In this document: positions 60,914 to 64,000 of the stretch, one piece after another | How positions within the stretch are numbered: position 1 is the first letter of the stretch | Layout: each line of letters opens with the position of its first letter | From: an uncultured Dehalococcoidia bacterium | GTDB lineage: Bacteria; Chloroflexota; Dehalococcoidia; Lucifugimonadales; UBA3495 | DNA: 64,000 nt | Assembly (NCBI GenBank): GCA_958295765.1 | Contig: CATQHB010000002.1 | Span: forward strand, 816,091 to 880,090 | Direction of reading: 5' to 3' | Program-made: the position numbers and the translations under genes | Notes under the pieces: generated by a model | What the model saw: the letters and a program-made list of their open reading frames with translations, nothing else | What the model was told of the DNA's origin: nothing | Database searches by the model: none

Positions 60914-61700
60914 TGTCGCCGCCGGCCGGGTTCGGGTGGTTCGGGTGAAGGTGAGTGGGGGCGAACTCGATGCGGTGGGAGCCGTAGAGTTCTTCCAGCA
61001 CCTGGGGCGTAAAGGCCTGGTCGGGCGGCCCGCAGGCGCAGACGTGGCGGTTGATGCACAGCACCTGGTCGAAACGCTGGGCCAGGTTGGTCAGGTCGTG
61101 GGTTGCCAGCAGCACGACTCTACCCTCGGCGCGCATGGATTGGAGCACCTCGATGATGCCCTCCTGGGCGCCGACGTCCACGCCGCTGAACGCCTCGTCC
61201 AGCAGAATGATGCCGGCCTCCTGGGCCAGGGCGCGGGCGATAAAGACCCGCTGGCGCTGACCGCCGGAAAGCTCGTTCATCAGGGAGGCGCGCCGTTCCC
61301 ACAGCCCGACCCGCTCCAGACAGCAGCGGGCCAACGCCCGGTCGCGTTTGCCGGGGCCGCGGAACCAACTGGTGCGGCAACAGCACCCCATCATCACCAC
61401 GTCGAAGACCGTGGCCGGAAAGCGCCAATTGATGCTGTCCCGCTGGGGGACGTAGGCCAGGGCGCCGTTGCGGGACTCGGCGCCGTGCAGGTTCACCGTG
61501 CCCTGGGTGATGGGCAGGATGCCGACCAGGGCGTCGAACAGGGTGCTTTTGCCGGCTCCGTTGGGGCCGACCACGCCCACCAGCGTCCCCGGCCCGACGG
61601 CAAAGGTGATGTCGAACAGCGCCCGGTAACCGTTGCGTTCAACGGCTACGTCCTCGACGGTTATACTCGGTTTGTCAGTCATTGTCATTGCCATCCCCAT
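60906..61700 (-). CDS. Metal ABC transporter ATP-binding protein
   Basis: Walker A GPNGAGKST, signature LSGGQRQR, Walker B ILLDEA. Confidence 0.9.
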   Translation of the reverse strand: MGMAMTMTDKPSITVEDVAVERNGYRALFDITFAVGPGTLVGVVGPNGAGKSTLFDALVGILPITQGTVNLHGAESRNGALAYVPQRDSINWRFPATVFDVVMMGCCCRTSWFRGPGKRDRALARCCLERVGLWERRASLMNELSGGQRQRVFIARALAQEAGIILLDEAFSGVDVGAQEGIIEVLQSMRAEGRVVLLATHDLTNLAQRFDQVLCINRHVCACGPPDQAFTPQVLEELYGSHRIEFAPTHLHPNHPNPAGGDND

Positions 61701-61703
61701 CCC

Positions 61704-62399
61704 TTACCCCAGCCCGTCCAGACATTCCCGCAGCGGCTTGCTCAGGCAGGTGAAAATGGGGGTGTCCCGCAGGGTGTAGGGGCGGGCCTCCGACTCCCGC
61801 AGGGCCATCACCAGGTCCAGGAACGTCCCCGGGCTGTCCGTCTCAAAGCCCAGCACAAACTCCTGGTCGTCCAGGCCAAAGGAATAGGAAGTGCTGATTT
61901 TCACCTCCGGGTAGCGGTGGCCGATGGTGAAGTGTTCGCTCATCAGCCGCTGCCGTTCCTCCGCCGAGCATTGATACCAGTCGTGGGTTTTGACGAAGGG
62001 ATAGACGAACAGGTACTTGCGCCCGATGATGCGCATGGTGGTGGCGGTTCCCTCCTGCCCCTCGTGGCGGTGCTGGTCCACGTAGGGGGAGCGGCGGGTC
62101 ATCGCCAGGTAGGAATGGGGCGTGTGCAGATAGCCGGCCAGTTTGGTGCGGTTCAACTGGGTGGTTAGTTCGTCAATGGCCTCCAGGGTAGGGCTGATTT
62201 TCCAGAGCATAAAGTCCACGTCGCCCCGGGTGGCCCCCAGGCGGTAGCTGGACAGCGCCACCCGGTCGGTGAACTCGGCCAGGGTAGCCACAAACTCATC
62301 CTTGCTCCGCTCCCGGTCGGCCCGGGGCAGCCGCCGCCACTCCGGGGCCACCTTGTAAAAGGAATACTTGACGAAATCCCGCGCCTCTTCCTGAACCAT
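61704..62399 (-). CDS. hemQ: Chlorite-dismutase-family protein, HemQ/ChdC-like coproheme decarboxylase
   Basis: 231 aa with a typical HemQ-like N-terminus (YSFYKVAPEWRRLP) and length. The functional subclass is inferred. Confidence 0.7.
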   Translation of the reverse strand: MVQEEARDFVKYSFYKVAPEWRRLPRADRERSKDEFVATLAEFTDRVALSSYRLGATRGDVDFMLWKISPTLEAIDELTTQLNRTKLAGYLHTPHSYLAMTRRSPYVDQHRHEGQEGTATTMRIIGRKYLFVYPFVKTHDWYQCSAEERQRLMSEHFTIGHRYPEVKISTSYSFGLDDQEFVLGFETDSPGTFLDLVMALRESEARPYTLRDTPIFTCLSKPLRECLDGLG

Positions 62400-62565
62400 C
62401 CAGCCCGTCCTTTGCTTAATTTAATTGCCAACCATTGATGATAACACAGATGGGATGGGATAGCAAGGGGGGGTTATTGCCTTGCGCTGCCCGGCCCGGC
62501 GCATTACACTACCTCTAACCTCTAACCGAACCCATCGGGCCAACAGCTAACGACGGAGCCGGCCA

Positions 62566-62964
62566 ATGGCTACAACCTCCGAAACCCGGCAGGACAAAAA
62601 GGCTCGCCAAATCCGCCAGGCGTACCGGAGCCGCATTGCGGAACTGCGGGAGTTCGGGGAAGCGGAGGGCGTAACCATCAACGCCGCCTCGGAAAAGGAT
62701 TTCTGGGACTTTGTCAAGTCGCTGCCGGCCACCCGCAAAGGGTCGCTGATATTGATGGAAAACGGCAATCTCCGGGCGGTTTGGGAAGCGTCCGACGATA
62801 GCCATTTGGCCTTGCAGTTCCGCGGCGACCGGATGGTACAGTACGTGATTTTCAAGCGTCGCCCCCGGGCCAGGCAGGTCTCTCGAGTGGCCGGCGCCGA
62901 CACTTTCGACGGGATTAAACGGCAGATTGACACCTTTGCGTTGCAAACGCTGGTGTTCCGGTGA
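62566..62964 (+). CDS. Hypothetical protein, first gene of a coupled pair
   Basis: 132 aa. GGAG SD. Basic helical N-terminus, then a beta-rich region. No motif recognised. Confidence 0.5.
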   Translation: MATTSETRQDKKARQIRQAYRSRIAELREFGEAEGVTINAASEKDFWDFVKSLPATRKGSLILMENGNLRAVWEASDDSHLALQFRGDRMVQYVIFKRRPRARQVSRVAGADTFDGIKRQIDTFALQTLVFR

Positions 62965-63404
62965 TTGGGCCTGACCTGCCGGCCAGCGCCAATGTTGTTC
63001 GCTATGTTGGATTCGCCCGGATCCGGGGAGACCGGGTAGATGGTTCGGCCTTTTGTCTGCGCCCTGGTGAGGGCGGGCTGTCAATTCACTGGCTTGACTA
63101 CTACTCTGATCTCACTAAAGAGCAGCAACTGATTCAGGTCAGGCGGTTACTCCGGCTGAATGTTGGAGCCAGAGCCGGGCTTGCCGAGTTAAATATCGGG
63201 GAAACCCGGCAATATGTCGCCAGCGAACTGCCAACGTTGCGCTTTGTCCATTCCCCGTCGCCGGCTAACGACCGGTATCCGGCCGACCCGGCGCACAGCG
63301 ACATTGTGGGTCTGCCCCCGGCGGATGCCGAGGATCTGGCGCTGCTGATTGGCGATATGATTGCCCAGCGGGTGAAAGCCGTTCACCCGATAGCGGACGC
63401 ATAG
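62961..63404 (+). CDS. Hypothetical protein, second gene of a coupled pair
   Basis: 147 aa. GTG start overlapping the upstream stop (GTGA). No motif recognised. Confidence 0.5.
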   Translation: MIGPDLPASANVVRYVGFARIRGDRVDGSAFCLRPGEGGLSIHWLDYYSDLTKEQQLIQVRRLLRLNVGARAGLAELNIGETRQYVASELPTLRFVHSPSPANDRYPADPAHSDIVGLPPADAEDLALLIGDMIAQRVKAVHPIADA

Positions 63405-63445
63405 CAGACACCAACCGCCTTTAACCGTTTATGCCTTCGAGTTTC

Positions 63446-63664
63446 GGTATTCTCAACCGGTGTTGGGGTTCCTGGCCCGGCCGGTCTCTAGTGGATTGTA
63501 GGGGCGGGTTTATAACCTGCCCGGCCCGCAATGGTAGAATCATTTGGGTAACGGAGACATCGTATTTGACCCATCCTTGCACCGGAACCTGGGCGGGTTA
63601 CAAACCCGCCCCTACCGGCCGTTGGAGTATTCCGGCCAGAACGCCAACTCGTGTTGAGAATACC
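63446..63664. mobile_element. Family-c MITE (219 bp), inverted relative to 15346..15566, with 8-bp TSD (one mismatch)
   Basis: TIRs GGTATTCTCAACCGGTGTTGG / CCAACTCGTGTTGAGAATACC. Flanks are CGAGTTTC at 63438-63445 and CAAGTTTC at 63665-63672. Confidence 0.8.
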
Positions 63665-63769
63665 CAAGTTTCCCGCTGTCCCTACTCTCCCTCAATTTAA
63701 TGTTACAATCTCACCTGACCGGGCATTAAAGCCGGACTCCCAAACTAATTACCATAAAGAGGTTGCGAT

Positions 63770-64000
63770 ATGGTGGAACTGGGTACGGGCGATTATATTT
63801 ATGAGGTGGCCGAGGGCTGGGGGGCGCTGCCCGACGGCTGGGCTTTCAAGGAAGTGGCGGCGGTGGGCGTGGATGCCAACGATAATCTGTACGCCTTTAA
63901 CCGGGGCGAGCATCCGATGATTGTTTTCGACAAGGACGGCAACTTTCTCCGCTCCTGGGGCGAGGGCATCTTTCCCCGGGCCCATGGCATAACTATGGGG
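63770..64000 (+). CDS. NHL-repeat beta-propeller protein, paralog of 33141..34058 (5' part; runs off the window)
   Basis: ATG after AAGAGG. MVELGTGDYIYEVAEGWGALPDGWAF...YAFNRGEHPMIVFDKDGNFLRSWG aligns with the N-terminus of the 33141 product. Confidence 0.7.
   Translation, partial: MVELGTGDYIYEVAEGWGALPDGWAFKEVAAVGVDANDNLYAFNRGEHPMIVFDKDGNFLRSWGEGIFPRAHGITMG

Overview
High-GC bacterial chromosomal segment. Gene content and repeat types suggest a Chloroflexota-like organism, but that is inference only. I support about 60 protein genes, mostly housekeeping or central metabolism. They include uvrC, argH, rpe, rpmB, aspS, a XerC/D-type recombinase, an archaeal-type FBP aldolase/phosphatase, HemQ, PGI/PMI, HtrA, two PPIases and a double thiolase/DUF35 cluster. 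Also present are two amidase + GatC-like pairs, a peptide-type ABC importer, a metal ABC importer, an LLM/F420-type oxidoreductase and an ALDH. There are two tRNAs, His-GTG and Arg-TCG. I found no rRNA, CRISPR array or prophage. Most long ORFs in the track that lie antisense to these genes are high-GC shadow ORFs. Nearly every intergenic gap over about 150 bp is filled by at least four unrelated palindromic or MITE-like repeat families; one family shows 8-bp target-site duplications. Several small AT-richer islets interrupt the core. Two of them are about 0.5-0.6 kb single-gene cassettes that sit just past the 3' end of a host gene and are bracketed by a duplicated copy of that 3' end. The strongest candidate for an undescribed system is at 54958..58672. 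It is an MmeI-like single-chain restriction-modification enzyme whose C-terminus is a DUF433 antitoxin-type domain, overlapped by a DUF5615 (PIN-like) toxin gene. This looks like an R-M enzyme covalently wired to a toxin-antitoxin switch. Secondary candidates are an unannotatable, translationally coupled two-gene module (62566..63404), a PTP-loop protein with Asp in place of the catalytic Cys (11135..11692), and a frameshifted ParA-like islet wedged between two convergent amidase operons. All domain calls come from motif recognition by eye; no searches were run.
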